A DNA stretch of 64,000 nt from a virus. A program made the translations under genes and the position numbers. Within the stretch, counting starts at the first letter, position 1. Each line of letters starts with the position of its first letter. Shown here in pieces: positions 10,365 to 20,312 of this stretch. Location: the IMG/VR virus record IMGVR_UViG_3300037323_000212, positions 6,227 through 70,226 of that record; one strand, given 5' to 3'. Under the pieces are notes generated by a model. The model was not told the DNA's origin and did not search any database. It saw only the letters and a list, made by a program, of their open reading frames with translations.

Positions 10365-11414
10365 TTATGTCTTGGACGCTTTTTTGTACTCAGCGGCCAG
10401 CTTCAGGTGGTATCCACCGGCGGCGAAGTTCGGGCCATTGTAAATGCGCGCAACAGTCGACCACTGCCTGGCCTGCAAAGCCTTTAGGAGCGCGCGGTCA
10501 AACTTGATGAAGGACACGACCGCTTGGAGCTGCAAGCGCTCTGAGGTCTGCATGGCCAACACAAAGGCGCTCACGGTGTCATAACCACACGCCTTGTGGT
10601 TAAAACCCATGCACTGGCCCAGGCCGTAGCTGGCTGAGCGCAGGGCGCTGTTTTTCTCAATGGCCATCGCATCGTTCAAGCGCTTGACCTCGTGCTGCCC
10701 GCCCAGGTAGCCCCCGGGCACGGGGTTGCAGATGTCTCGGTGGCTCACGCTCGTGGCCAGCGCAAACGCCTCACCGCGCGTGCGTATCAGGTCTCGGTAG
10801 AACTTGTGGCGCTCAAACAACACGGTGGTGTGCCCACTGGGCAAGAAGCCAAACTCCTTGGTCTCCACGACCAAGATGGCCTCGACCGAGGCCACATCCA
10901 CGCCCAAGGAGCCCGCCGCGTCCACGATGTCCCCAGGCATCAAAAAGCGCGCGGTGATGTGCGCGCCCAGTGCCGCTTGGGTCTTTGGGCCGTAGTAGGC
11001 CCCGCGCACGTCACTCTCTTTTACCCCTATTGAGGCTTGGTAGGTGCTGAGGGCGGCTTGCGTGGTCCTGCCAAAATCCCCATCGCACTTCATTGCCAAG
11101 CCCATCTTCTCGTTGAGGGCTCGCTGCATCAGTTTCACAGCGGGGTCTTTGCTCCCCAAGCTGTGGGTGCCCTCAACCACCAGCGCGGTGGTGCGAGAGA
11201 ACAAGGACGCCCGGGTCAGTGGGCCGTAGCAGGCACCAGCGGCGTTGGTCTCTTTAATCCCAACCGATGCTTGGTAGGCTCTTAGAGCGCCTTGGGTGAG
11301 TTTGCCAAAGACGCCGTCGGCGCTCAGTGACGTGCCCAACCTCTCGTTGAGCGCGAGTTGCATCAGTTTGACGGCGGGGTCCTTGCTTCCCAGGCCATGC
11401 GTTTTCTCGGTCAT
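10365..11414 (-). CDS. Modular endolysin: two peptidoglycan-binding domains plus an N-acetylmuramidase (DUF3380-type) domain
   Basis: Two repeats LGSKDPAVKLMQ.ALNE..G....DG.FG..TQ.AL..YQ; catalytic region AILVVET...LFERHKF...SASYGLGQCMGFNH...ARIYNGP. Start chosen at ATG 11414 after AGGAG. Confidence 0.88.
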   Translation of the reverse strand: MTEKTHGLGSKDPAVKLMQLALNERLGTSLSADGVFGKLTQGALRAYQASVGIKETNAAGACYGPLTRASLFSRTTALVVEGTHSLGSKDPAVKLMQRALNEKMGLAMKCDGDFGRTTQAALSTYQASIGVKESDVRGAYYGPKTQAALGAHITARFLMPGDIVDAAGSLGVDVASVEAILVVETKEFGFLPSGHTTVLFERHKFYRDLIRTRGEAFALATSVSHRDICNPVPGGYLGGQHEVKRLNDAMAIEKNSALRSASYGLGQCMGFNHKACGYDTVSAFVLAMQTSERLQLQAVVSFIKFDRALLKALQARQWSTVARIYNGPNFAAGGYHLKLAAEYKKASKT

Positions 11415-11736
11415 CAAATAAACTCCTGTGTTGTAGACACAGGATGTCGGCTTTGGGTTTACTGGTTCACCTGCACAAGACCAGACTCGGGCGTGTTCAA
11501 ACAAAAAAAAGAAAGCACAAATGCCTGGGCTTCGGCCCAGGCATTTATGCACATTCAAGTTACCGCATTATACCGAAAGCGGCTGCTTTGGACAGCTTTG
11601 CGTAAGCGGTGTGCGGCAAACGCGGCGCGTCTTTGGCCACAGGCCCACGCAGGCCAGAGCGCCCGTTGCTCACCAACATGTACCAGTCGTCTGGGTCGTG
11701 CTCGGCAACATGTGCCTGATTATTTTGCAGTACAGC

Positions 11737-11772
11737 ATACAGCCCAGGAAGTTTTGACTTCCTGGGCTGTAT
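11737..11772. terminator. Stem-loop terminator
   Basis: CATACAGCCCAGGAAG/CTTCCTGGGCTGTATG. A second hairpin lies at 11519-11546 (AAATGCCTGGGC-TTCG-GCCCAGGCATTT). Confidence 0.65.
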
Positions 11773-11797
11773 GAAACAGGGTAAAGACCGATTCGGT

Positions 11798-12478
11798 TTA
11801 CTTGTTAAAGAACGACAGCACCTTGCGCTTGCCCTCTTCGCTGAAGCTGAACTCCAGCGTGCGCGAGAAGTCCACTTGCTTGATCGCCACCGAGCGCCCA
11901 GCCACGGGCGCAGCCGTCGTGATCAGGTTCATGATGCGCACAAACGCTTGGCGGTCCACTGGATTGAGCGTAATCTCATCGGTGAAGCGAAAGATGTAGC
12001 GCGCATTGAACACGCCGTCCTTGTTGTCATCAACCAGCTTCAGAATGGTTGCAAACAGCAGGGGGAAGTCTTTGTCCACCGTGTTGATGGCACTTTGGAT
12101 CGTGCGAAACAGCAAGGACTGCTGGCGAGCACCGTCCACGGGCAAAATCATCTTGCCCGGCGCCATGGCCAGCATGTACGCTTTGAGCGAGTGGATCACG
12201 TTGACCGCTGCGTTGTTGCCACCGGCCTCAATCTGTGCGAGCAGCTCTTGGACGGTTGGACTGTAGACTTGGCCCGTGGCGTTCACCGCCTTTTGAGCAG
12301 CCACGACACTCACCTGCTCAGGCGTGGCGACCTTGCCCACCGGTGCGGTGGTCGAAGAGGCCACCGTGCCCGACTGGCTCGCTGGCGCAGCAGGCGCCAC
12401 CGGTGCTGGGGATGCTGGTGCTGTGCTTACAGTAGCAGCGGGGGCAGTGGGCTCTGCTTTGGTTGGGTTTTGCGACAT
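11798..12478 (-). CDS. Conserved jumbo-phage protein (phiKZ gp79-like) with Ala/Pro-rich N-terminus
   Basis: ORF from MSQNPTK; YMLAMAPGK...GARQQSLLFR motif; near the vRNAP beta' gene. Confidence 0.65.
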   Translation of the reverse strand: MSQNPTKAEPTAPAATVSTAPASPAPVAPAAPASQSGTVASSTTAPVGKVATPEQVSVVAAQKAVNATGQVYSPTVQELLAQIEAGGNNAAVNVIHSLKAYMLAMAPGKMILPVDGARQQSLLFRTIQSAINTVDKDFPLLFATILKLVDDNKDGVFNARYIFRFTDEITLNPVDRQAFVRIMNLITTAAPVAGRSVAIKQVDFSRTLEFSFSEEGKRKVLSFFNK

Positions 12479-12559
12479 GTTCGTTTTTTTCAGGTTATGA
12501 GGAAGAAGGCAGGCCACCGTGCAGCGCGCGGGGGTCAAATCATTGAGGGGTTTGTGTTT

Positions 12560-13963
12560 TTAAACAGGTGGGGTTGGCTGCACGTCTTTGAACACGTAGC
12601 TGCCGCACACGCCGTCCAAGAAACCCATCGCGTAGCGAATTTTAGCATCAGTGATGCAAAGCCGCTTGCCAGCAATGGCGCGACTGGGGTAGACGGTTAC
12701 TTCGCCAGTCTCCCGGTTGGTGACTTCAACTGGGAGGCTGCCGATCCATTTGGGCTTGTAGCGCTCTGGCAGGTTTGCCACGCGGTCTGCCGTAGGCGCG
12801 TCGTCGTAGACAAAGATCCAGCCCGCGTACGGCTTTGCCTTGTGGTGAACGACGTGGTGTTGCAAGCCCGTGTAGCTGAGCTTTAGCGCATCTGCCATTT
12901 GGTCTAATGTGTTTGCGGTGATCATGATGCTGGTGCTCTCACTCATTGCCAACCAAATGCCAAAGGTAGAGTCCCAAGAAGACTCACTGTCCTCTTCGCG
13001 CTCTAAGGTGGGCCAAGGCACGGGGTTGTCGTATTTGAACACCTGCCAGTCTTTGGTGACCCGGCCCACCCGGGGGCTGTTCAGGTGCTTGTTGAGCCGC
13101 TTCTCGCTGATCTTCAATGTCAATGCCAGCTCTTTGGCCGTGCTGTACTTTGCCACAGCACCAGTGCGCACATCGCGCGTGAGCACTGCTTGGTGGGAGG
13201 TCAGGCCCGTTTGAATGGCGTGCACGTTGTTCTCCTTTGTGCTCACCCACTCCAAGTTGCCCAGCCAGTTGTGGTGTTTGACCCCATCGATGTGGTTAAC
13301 CACCAACTCGTGCAGTGGGACATCGGCGTGGCGGGTGGGCTTGGCAACAAAGATCTTTGCCAAAAGGCGGTGAACGTAATTGCTCACGTACTTGCCACCA
13401 ATGCGAATGGCCACCAGCGTGTAAGTATCTGTCTTGAAGACCGGTACTTCTTTGTCAGCAGCCAAATTGAAAAACACCCCGTCTCGGTTGACCACCACCG
13501 GCAAGTCAGACTCTGGCATGAAGAAGTAGCCTGGCTTTGCGGCGCACTCCACCGCATGGGGATAGTAGCCATCAAACACTTGGCTGAAATCGGGGGTGCT
13601 GAATTTGACCTTGTTCTCGGTGAGCGCTTGAAGGGTCTTCAGTGTTTTTGCGTACTGGCGCCCTCGCCACTCCAAGTTGCTCAGGGTGTGGTTTGCTGGG
13701 TTGGCGTCTTTGTGAAAGACCCGAGCAGTTGCCACCGTGAGCGGTGGCTCAATCGGGATGAACGTACAGGCGAGCAAGTAGGCCACCGACAAGCTGCGCT
13801 GGGTTTTGCCCAGCGCCACGTTGGTCATGGTTTTGTCGTTTTTGTCCGAGACCCACTGCGCGCCGACTCGCGCGTCTCGGATGCGTCGCACGCATCCGTT
13901 AGGCGCTATCTCGTAGTCGGGAAACGTCGGGATCTGGGTGAAGGCTAGGGGTGAGGTGGTCAT
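12560..13963 (-). CDS. Free-standing HNH homing endonuclease with two HNH-like motifs and NUMOD/IENR-like DNA-binding repeats
   Basis: N-terminal IPTFPDYEIAPNG; HKDANPANHTLSNLEW and VHRLLA...VNHIDGVKHHNWLGNLEWVSTKENNVHA; C-terminal TGEVTVYPSRAIA repeat. No intron elements seen on either side. Confidence 0.88.
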   Translation of the reverse strand: MTTSPLAFTQIPTFPDYEIAPNGCVRRIRDARVGAQWVSDKNDKTMTNVALGKTQRSLSVAYLLACTFIPIEPPLTVATARVFHKDANPANHTLSNLEWRGRQYAKTLKTLQALTENKVKFSTPDFSQVFDGYYPHAVECAAKPGYFFMPESDLPVVVNRDGVFFNLAADKEVPVFKTDTYTLVAIRIGGKYVSNYVHRLLAKIFVAKPTRHADVPLHELVVNHIDGVKHHNWLGNLEWVSTKENNVHAIQTGLTSHQAVLTRDVRTGAVAKYSTAKELALTLKISEKRLNKHLNSPRVGRVTKDWQVFKYDNPVPWPTLEREEDSESSWDSTFGIWLAMSESTSIMITANTLDQMADALKLSYTGLQHHVVHHKAKPYAGWIFVYDDAPTADRVANLPERYKPKWIGSLPVEVTNRETGEVTVYPSRAIAGKRLCITDAKIRYAMGFLDGVCGSYVFKDVQPTPPV

Positions 13964-14033
13964 GGCAACAGCAGGTGGTTAAGGCTATATCTTATAGGAA
14001 CCTGATTTATTTTATCACACCCACCCGTTATCT

Positions 14034-15347
14034 TCAAGTAATTGCCGTGTTTAGGTCCATTTTAGCGAGGATAAGACTTTTTGCGTGTGCACCACTAAGA
14101 AAGATGTACAAAAAGGAAGATCCATAGGCAGCGACGGCAATAGACAAAGCAGTGGGGTTGACAATCAGCCTTTCGCCCAAGCAGACTTTGCAGTAATCGG
14201 TCAAGGTGAGTTTGCAGTACATGGGGTTGCGCATCATCAAGCGCTGACCCAAGTAGGTGCCTGCCTTCTCAAGGGTTAAGATGCGCTCACTCCCTTTATC
14301 CGTGATCACGCTAAAGCCAACCAGCTTGTGCTGGTTGGCTACTGTCACGTCTGTCACACCACCCAAGCGAGCGCCACAGTCGTCCTCAGTCACGTTTAGG
14401 TTACTGGACGCTCTGAGCAGCCATTTGACTGACACACCCCCCAGCACCGTCTCGGCACCTCGGTTAAAGGAGCCTGCGCGAAGGGAGTTGTTCATGTCAG
14501 GGAACTTGCTCACGTCCCAGCCTTCACCAAGCGAATTCGTGATCAGCTTGGCGTTCACCGTGTTGTTGTCCAAACTCATCTCAGCGCCATGCATCAAGAA
14601 CAACTTCTTTCTCACGATGTTTCTGCTTTTGTTGCTGGACATGAAGTACTTGCCCCCTGGGTCGTCCTTTAGCCACTCGTTGTCGTAGTCCACGAGTGCT
14701 TTGTCGATCTTGGCGATCGTGGCCATTTGGTTTAAGGTGCCTGCATTGTCTTGGAGCAGTTTGGCTCGGTACTCTACAATGCCTGGGGGTGCGGTCATGG
14801 TTTTGGCAGTGGCTGCCCACACGCACAACTGGGTAAAGCCCGTGAGGTAGTACAGGGCCTTGGCAAAGAGCAAGTACTCATCGACGTAGAACGTGTCGTC
14901 CTTCCTCACAGCGCCCTCGGGTGGGGTGTCTTCAAAACGCACCAAGATCATCTTCTCCAGCTTGTTGATCTTAATCGGGCCTGCTTGGAAAGCCATCTTG
15001 GTGCCAAAGGAGTACACCAGCACGCACCAATTGAACAACAAGTCCCCATACGTACTGGCCAGTGAGCTGGCCAGGTTGGGGCAGTCTGTTGGGCTCAGCT
15101 CAATGGGGTCTCGAAAGCGGTAGGGTGGCTCGCCTGCGGGTGCGTCTTCTATTTTGACCAGTTCACCGGCTTTGGTGGGGTCGCAGTAAAACACCCCGGT
15201 CTGGGTTTGCACCAAACGGTAGGGGTAGGGGTCTGCCTTGTAGGCATTTTCGCTCTCTCGGGTGATGGAGAAAGCACTCACGACCCAGGCCAGTCGCTTG
15301 TAGTGGCCCGCGTGCATTGAGGCGATGAATAGCTCGCGTTTGTTCAT
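14034..15347 (-). CDS. Virion RNA polymerase beta' C-terminal subunit (phiKZ gp80-like)
   Basis: SLRAGSFNRGAETVLGG...EDDCG and RNPMYC....YCKVCLG Zn motifs of the beta' C-terminal half. Confidence 0.85.
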   Translation of the reverse strand: MNKRELFIASMHAGHYKRLAWVVSAFSITRESENAYKADPYPYRLVQTQTGVFYCDPTKAGELVKIEDAPAGEPPYRFRDPIELSPTDCPNLASSLASTYGDLLFNWCVLVYSFGTKMAFQAGPIKINKLEKMILVRFEDTPPEGAVRKDDTFYVDEYLLFAKALYYLTGFTQLCVWAATAKTMTAPPGIVEYRAKLLQDNAGTLNQMATIAKIDKALVDYDNEWLKDDPGGKYFMSSNKSRNIVRKKLFLMHGAEMSLDNNTVNAKLITNSLGEGWDVSKFPDMNNSLRAGSFNRGAETVLGGVSVKWLLRASSNLNVTEDDCGARLGGVTDVTVANQHKLVGFSVITDKGSERILTLEKAGTYLGQRLMMRNPMYCKLTLTDYCKVCLGERLIVNPTALSIAVAAYGSSFLYIFLSGAHAKSLILAKMDLNTAIT

Positions 15348-15488
15348 GGTGAGGGGCTCTGTCCTGTGAGGTGAGTGAGGATGATAGTGGTGGGTAACTG
15401 CCCAGTATCACAGCGTGCAGCAGGCTCCCAAGAGCCTGCTCGTGTGCTGTGCTGTTGTGGGGCAGTGGTGGGGTGTTTACAGTGGGGG

Positions 15489-15604
15489 AGGAGCCTGTCA
15501 GGGCTGGGGGTAGATACCCCCAGCTTTTGCTTACAGTAATATTTGGAATATTTTCCTCCTCCTCTTATAATAAATGCAACTGATATTTTTAGTTGTATTG
15601 GGGT
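15489..15604 (-). repeat. Non-coding element shared with 63392-63507, downstream of a propeller gene
   Basis: AGTAATATTTGGAATATT(T/C)TCCTCCTCCTCTTATAATAAATGCAACTGATATTTTTAGTTGTATT is near-identical at both loci, next to a G5/C5 hairpin. Confidence 0.9.
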
Positions 15605-16513
15605 TTAGAAGCCACCTGGGGAGGAGGAGGTGGCGGCCAGTCCGATTCGTGCTGTGCTCAGTGCCGTGCCCGGTGCCACCGCGTTGCTTGCATACGTGTA
15701 GCAGTCGGTGGCAGCGATGACAGCGTTGCCCGTGTGCCCACCCCTAAACACCCCGAGCGTTCTGTTGCCGGTGGCTGCCAACTGGTACCGTGCAATTCCC
15801 AGCGAAGTACCAGCAGCTCTTGCGTTACTTGCGTACGTGTAGAGCTCGGTGACAGCGGTGCTAGCACTGTCCGTGTACCCACCCCCAAACACCCCGAGTG
15901 TGCTGTTGCCCGTGGCCGCCAGAGAACGCCGTGCTGTGCCCAGGACCGTGCCCGCTGTTCTCGCGTTTCTCGCGTACGTGTAGAGCTCGGTGACAGCGGT
16001 GTTGGTGGTAGTGTACCCACCCCCAAACACCCCCAGCGTGCTGTTGCCCGTGGCAGCCAGATAGGCCCGTGCTGTGCCCAATGCCGTGCCCGCTGCCACG
16101 GCGTTGTTCGCGTACGTGTAGAGATCGGTGACAGCGGTGCTGGTGGGAGCAGCCCCACCCCCAAACACCCCGAGTGTGCTGTTGCCCGCAGCAGCCAAAC
16201 CGTGCCGTGCTGTGCCCAGTACAGTGCCAGCTACTCTCGCGTTACTCGCGTACGTGTAGCGGTCGGTGACAGCGGTGATAGCACTGTCCGTGTGCCCACC
16301 CCCAAACACCCCGAGCGTTCTGTTGCCGGTGGCTGCCAACTGGTACCGTGCTGTGCCCAGCGCCGTGCCCGCTGTTCTCGCGTTGCTCGCGTACGTGTAG
16401 CGTTCTGTGGTAGCGGTGATAGCACTGGTAGTGACCCCGCCCCCAAACAACGCAAATCCCGAGACATTACCCAGCGCCGCTGAGCGACCACTCATCAACA
16501 AAAATTCCAACAT
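15605..16513 (-). CDS. Kelch-like six-repeat beta-propeller protein, copy 1
   Basis: Six 46-47-aa repeats GT.LGTAR..LAATGNSTLGVFGGG.....TAVT.RYTYASN; the GG and Y pattern is Kelch-like. Confidence 0.85.
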   Translation of the reverse strand: MLEFLLMSGRSAALGNVSGFALFGGGVTTSAITATTERYTYASNARTAGTALGTARYQLAATGNRTLGVFGGGHTDSAITAVTDRYTYASNARVAGTVLGTARHGLAAAGNSTLGVFGGGAAPTSTAVTDLYTYANNAVAAGTALGTARAYLAATGNSTLGVFGGGYTTTNTAVTELYTYARNARTAGTVLGTARRSLAATGNSTLGVFGGGYTDSASTAVTELYTYASNARAAGTSLGIARYQLAATGNRTLGVFRGGHTGNAVIAATDCYTYASNAVAPGTALSTARIGLAATSSSPGGF

Positions 16514-16592
16514 GGGTTTCTTCTCCAAAGTTTAAAAACAACAACACCAAAACGCCAAAGCGAATTGACCCAGTGGGTCACACCATTTCGAC

Positions 16593-17465
16593 TCACCTCG
16601 CTCCCGTGGTCTTGGTGGCACCCCAAGCCAAAATCACCTTTGTTACTGCCACATCGAGTTTGCCGACCTCGGTCAAGTCACTGAACAAGCTGCCCAGTGC
16701 GTGGCGAATGACAATCAAGGGGAGCGCGCACCCGTCGCTGGACAAGCACGCCAACCCCACCAAGTCCAGTGCGATCTGATCCACCGAAGTCGTGCTGAGG
16801 TCGGGGTGATCGTGCTGGTAGCGCTTTAGGTACTCGGTGAATTCTAGCCCTATGGCCCCCAGGTGCTCAAAGTACTGGTCGGCATAAAGTGCCCTCTGAT
16901 CGCAGTAGGCCTTAAAGCTGGCGTAGGCCTTGATCTGAGCGCTCACCGCATCTGCGTGCCCCATGTCGCCTGTGCTCAGGCCTTGGATCACCTCGCTGAA
17001 ATTGCTGATAAAGGAGTCACTCACCTCCAGCAGTTTCGACAGCGTCTCCTCCGCGCTGTACGAGGTCATGAAGACCATCAGCTCGGCGAACTTCTCAATG
17101 ACAGGCAGCTCGGCGTTCAAGACGCCGAGCATGGCCGCCCTGTCCTCATAGTACGCCAGCTCAAACATGGCATCCGTGTACAAGATCTTCTCAGACGTTG
17201 GGGTGTCGTCGTCAAACTCAATGCCCTGGAGTTTTAGCAAGTAGTCCAAGATGGTGTTGAGTGTCACCACCAGCTCATCGAGCACATCTTGGTGCCCGCG
17301 CTCAGCGGCCTTCTCCAGCACCGTCTCAAAGACTGCCATGTACTCGGGCACCTCGTACTTCTCCAGCACGACGACTGCGTCATCAAACAACTGGGTCGAC
17401 TCGGGTGCGGACTGCTGCAAGTAGTTTTGCAATTCGGCGTAGATCATGGGGGTAAGCCTTTTCAA
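16593..17465 (-). CDS. Hypothetical conserved jumbo-phage protein
   Basis: About 290-aa acidic helical ORF; start may be MTPM or MIY. Confidence 0.65.
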   Translation of the reverse strand: MKRLTPMIYAELQNYLQQSAPESTQLFDDAVVVLEKYEVPEYMAVFETVLEKAAERGHQDVLDELVVTLNTILDYLLKLQGIEFDDDTPTSEKILYTDAMFELAYYEDRAAMLGVLNAELPVIEKFAELMVFMTSYSAEETLSKLLEVSDSFISNFSEVIQGLSTGDMGHADAVSAQIKAYASFKAYCDQRALYADQYFEHLGAIGLEFTEYLKRYQHDHPDLSTTSVDQIALDLVGLACLSSDGCALPLIVIRHALGSLFSDLTEVGKLDVAVTKVILAWGATKTTGAR

Positions 17466-17625
17466 TGGGTAAGGAGTGGGTGAGAGAGAAAGCGTTGCTT
17501 AAAATTTAACGCCAAACCTTATGATTTAGCGCAGTGTCCTGCTGCTTGAGTTGGGTCAAACAATTGGTCTGCAACCGCCGTTTGTGCCACCTCTTTCTCT
17601 TATCTTCACCCACCTGTAAAACACC

Positions 17626-18204
17626 ATGGTCAAAGCCACCAAAACCCTCTCCAAGATTCACCAACGTGTGAACGCCACGGTAGACGCCCGCACCCCCTTG
17701 GGCCAAGAGATCTCTGTTAAGCCCAACACCTTTTGGGACGACGCCACCGAGGTGTTCGAGGGCAGCATGAACGCCATCGAGGCCACCAACGGCCAGCTGG
17801 CGGGTATCTTGCAAGCGGTCGTGTCCGATGCGGATCGCATGAGCCGCATCACCGACCCCAAGACGCTGGTGACCAACATCAACTTGCTCACGCGAGACAT
17901 CAGCGAGCACACCGCTCGCTTGCACGCCATTCACGCCAAGCACGTGACCCGCTCGGGGGGCACGACCGATGCGGACGACACCATGATGGTGGTCAGCATC
18001 AACGGCGAATACGCCGATGCGCTCGAGGTTTACCAAACGGTGGTCATGCCCACTGTCTCTCACATCTTGGAGCAAATTGGCGTGATCGAAGAGCTGATTG
18101 CAAGCGAGCAGGCCGCCAAAGATGCGGCCAAAGAAGCCGCGCTGCTGGACGTCAACATCGTCTCTGACGCAGACATCAAAATCAAGGAAGACGACCATGC
18201 TTGA
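17626..18204 (+). CDS. Hypothetical helical protein
   Basis: 192-aa ORF overlapping the next start codon. Confidence 0.7.
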   Translation: MVKATKTLSKIHQRVNATVDARTPLGQEISVKPNTFWDDATEVFEGSMNAIEATNGQLAGILQAVVSDADRMSRITDPKTLVTNINLLTRDISEHTARLHAIHAKHVTRSGGTTDADDTMMVVSINGEYADALEVYQTVVMPTVSHILEQIGVIEELIASEQAAKDAAKEAALLDVNIVSDADIKIKEDDHA

Positions 18205-19720
18205 GCAAACCCCAGCCACCCCCGTGCCCGAGCAGGCAAGCGAGACCGCCCAGCCCAGCCAGCCAGCACCGCTTGCTGAGGCGCAAGCACCCAACGCGCC
18301 CACCCCAGTCAGCACCCCAGTGGACACGCGCATTGACAACTTTCGCCAAACCGACCCCTACTCAGCCGCTTGGCCAGAGGGCACCGAGCCCGTGGGCGAA
18401 GTCGCGTTCATGCCGTCTGCCTCCATGGCGCTTAGCAAGAAAGCCATTGCTGACACACCCTCATCTCCTTTGGGGGACAACAAGAAAAGCCAAGAGTGGG
18501 TGGGCACGCTCAACAGCGGCTTGGCCAACTTGGCGTACGCCGATGGCCTGACTAGCACGGTCAAGCGCGAAGACGCTGTCTTTGAGCAAAAGGTCACCTC
18601 TCCAGAAGGCCCACTCACTGGCCTGACGCCACCGCTCAAGATGCGGGAGGGCATTCGCTACACGGGCGAGTCTGCGCGCCTGCGCATCCGAAGCGCGTTG
18701 AACATGGGCACCTTGTTCTCGCTCCCTCTGTGGCACAGTGGCTTTTGGATCACGCTCAAAGCGCCCAGCGAGGGCGCGCTCTTGGAGCTCTTTCGGCGCA
18801 TCGACACCGAGAAGGTGACGCTTGGGCGGGCCAGCTACGGCTTGATGTTCTCCAACGGCTCGTCCTACACGACCAAGCTGCTTTTGGACTTTATCTTGGA
18901 CCACCAGTACGAGACATCGGTCAAGCTAAAAGAGGGCGAGGACCTGCGCTCGCTGATTCGGGTCCCGGATCTGTCTTTGCTCATCTGGGGCATTGCGTGC
19001 GCCATTTGGCCCAGCGGGTTTGCGTACCAGCGCTCGTGCATTGCCAACCCCGACAAGTGCAAACACGTGATTCGTGAGAAGCTAAACCTGACCAAGCTCT
19101 TGATGACAGACACCACAGCACTCACCCAGCGCCAGATCAGCCACATGACCAAGCGCCAACGCGGCTCGGTTGACTCCGACGACGTGGGGCGTTACGTGAG
19201 TGAGTTCATCCGGGGGCAAAAATGCAAGGTCGCCTTGACCGAGGAGTTAAGCGTCGTGCTGCGGGTACCGACTGCAGCTGAGCACATCGATGCGGGCTAC
19301 CGCTGGATCAACGCCATTGAGGAGACCTATGGCGCGAGCATGACGCAAGCCGAGGGCACCCGAAACGACTACCTGATCAGCCAGGGGAAGGCAACCGTCA
19401 TGCGCCAGTACGCGCACTTCGTGCAAGGCATCGAGGTGGCAGGCGAGCTCTACGATGAGCTCGAAGACATCGAAGAGGTGCTCAACGAGCTCACCGCAAA
19501 CGACGCCATTCGCAACACCTTCTTGGACAAGACGGCCGTGTTCTTGGACGACTCTATCGTGTCGCTCGTTGCCATCCCCACGTTCAAGTGCCCCAACTGC
19601 GCAGGCGAGCAGCACTCGCACAAAGAGATGGCGCGCTACCCCAGCTTGATCCCGCTGGATGTGAGCCAGACTTTTTTTACACTGCTCGTGCAGAGACTGA
19701 TGAAGATCGAGGAGAGGTGA
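18197..19720 (+). CDS. Conserved protein (phiKZ gp77-like) with C-terminal CxxC
   Basis: ATG 18197 after AAGGAAG; LPLWHSGFWITLKAP motif; AIPTFKCPNC. Confidence 0.7.
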   Translation: MLEQTPATPVPEQASETAQPSQPAPLAEAQAPNAPTPVSTPVDTRIDNFRQTDPYSAAWPEGTEPVGEVAFMPSASMALSKKAIADTPSSPLGDNKKSQEWVGTLNSGLANLAYADGLTSTVKREDAVFEQKVTSPEGPLTGLTPPLKMREGIRYTGESARLRIRSALNMGTLFSLPLWHSGFWITLKAPSEGALLELFRRIDTEKVTLGRASYGLMFSNGSSYTTKLLLDFILDHQYETSVKLKEGEDLRSLIRVPDLSLLIWGIACAIWPSGFAYQRSCIANPDKCKHVIREKLNLTKLLMTDTTALTQRQISHMTKRQRGSVDSDDVGRYVSEFIRGQKCKVALTEELSVVLRVPTAAEHIDAGYRWINAIEETYGASMTQAEGTRNDYLISQGKATVMRQYAHFVQGIEVAGELYDELEDIEEVLNELTANDAIRNTFLDKTAVFLDDSIVSLVAIPTFKCPNCAGEQHSHKEMARYPSLIPLDVSQTFFTLLVQRLMKIEER

Positions 19721-20169
19721 GTCGCGTGCATGTGAACGATTTGGATTTTGGCTTGAGCATTCCCGAGGACTCTTTGTTCCTGCGGGTGTTGCGAGAGGCC
19801 AAAAAGACCGACCCGTTCACAGGGCGCGCTTACCTGCACCAGGCCTACGAGACCAGCAACGCCATCTTTGATCACCTGCAACAAGGTATGCTGGATGACT
19901 CACCTGGGATTGAGCCCGATCAGAAAAGACCGCTGTCTTCGGTGGCAATGCACTTTGCCGAAGACACCTCCAGCACGAGCGTACTGTACCAGCGCATTCG
20001 CATCTTCAAAGACAGAAAAGTCTACGCACTGATGGGCCTGAACCTGACTGAGTTTTTGGAGCTTCCCCGAGACCTGTGTGACTTTATCTTGAGTGAGTGC
20101 GGCAAACACCAAGACCGAGAGGCCACAGCCACCGATGAGGTACTGAAAGACTTGAACCGGGTTCGATAA
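19717..20169 (+). CDS. Hypothetical conserved protein (phiKZ gp76-like)
   Basis: GTG start overlapping the upstream stop (GTGA); MGLNLTEFLELPR motif. Confidence 0.6.
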   Translation: MSRVHVNDLDFGLSIPEDSLFLRVLREAKKTDPFTGRAYLHQAYETSNAIFDHLQQGMLDDSPGIEPDQKRPLSSVAMHFAEDTSSTSVLYQRIRIFKDRKVYALMGLNLTEFLELPRDLCDFILSECGKHQDREATATDEVLKDLNRVR

Positions 20170-20312
20170 CCTCAAAAAAGCACCATACACCCCCAGCGCC
20201 TGTAAGAGCGCTGGGGGGTGTATGGTGCAAATTGGTATGAGGGGCAGCTTCGGTTGACGTGGGTCAATCTTGTGCAGCCTTGTTTGTTTTTAAACTTTGG
20301 ATAAGAAACACC

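Noticed and set aside
11550-11730. Possible small ORF between two hairpins upstream of the endolysin (holin candidate)
   Set aside because: Only short frames without an RBS or transmembrane segment.
15605-16513. Regular 138-141-nt repeats as a CRISPR array
   Set aside because: The repeats are in-frame coding units with only short variable patches; there are no unique spacers and no cas genes.
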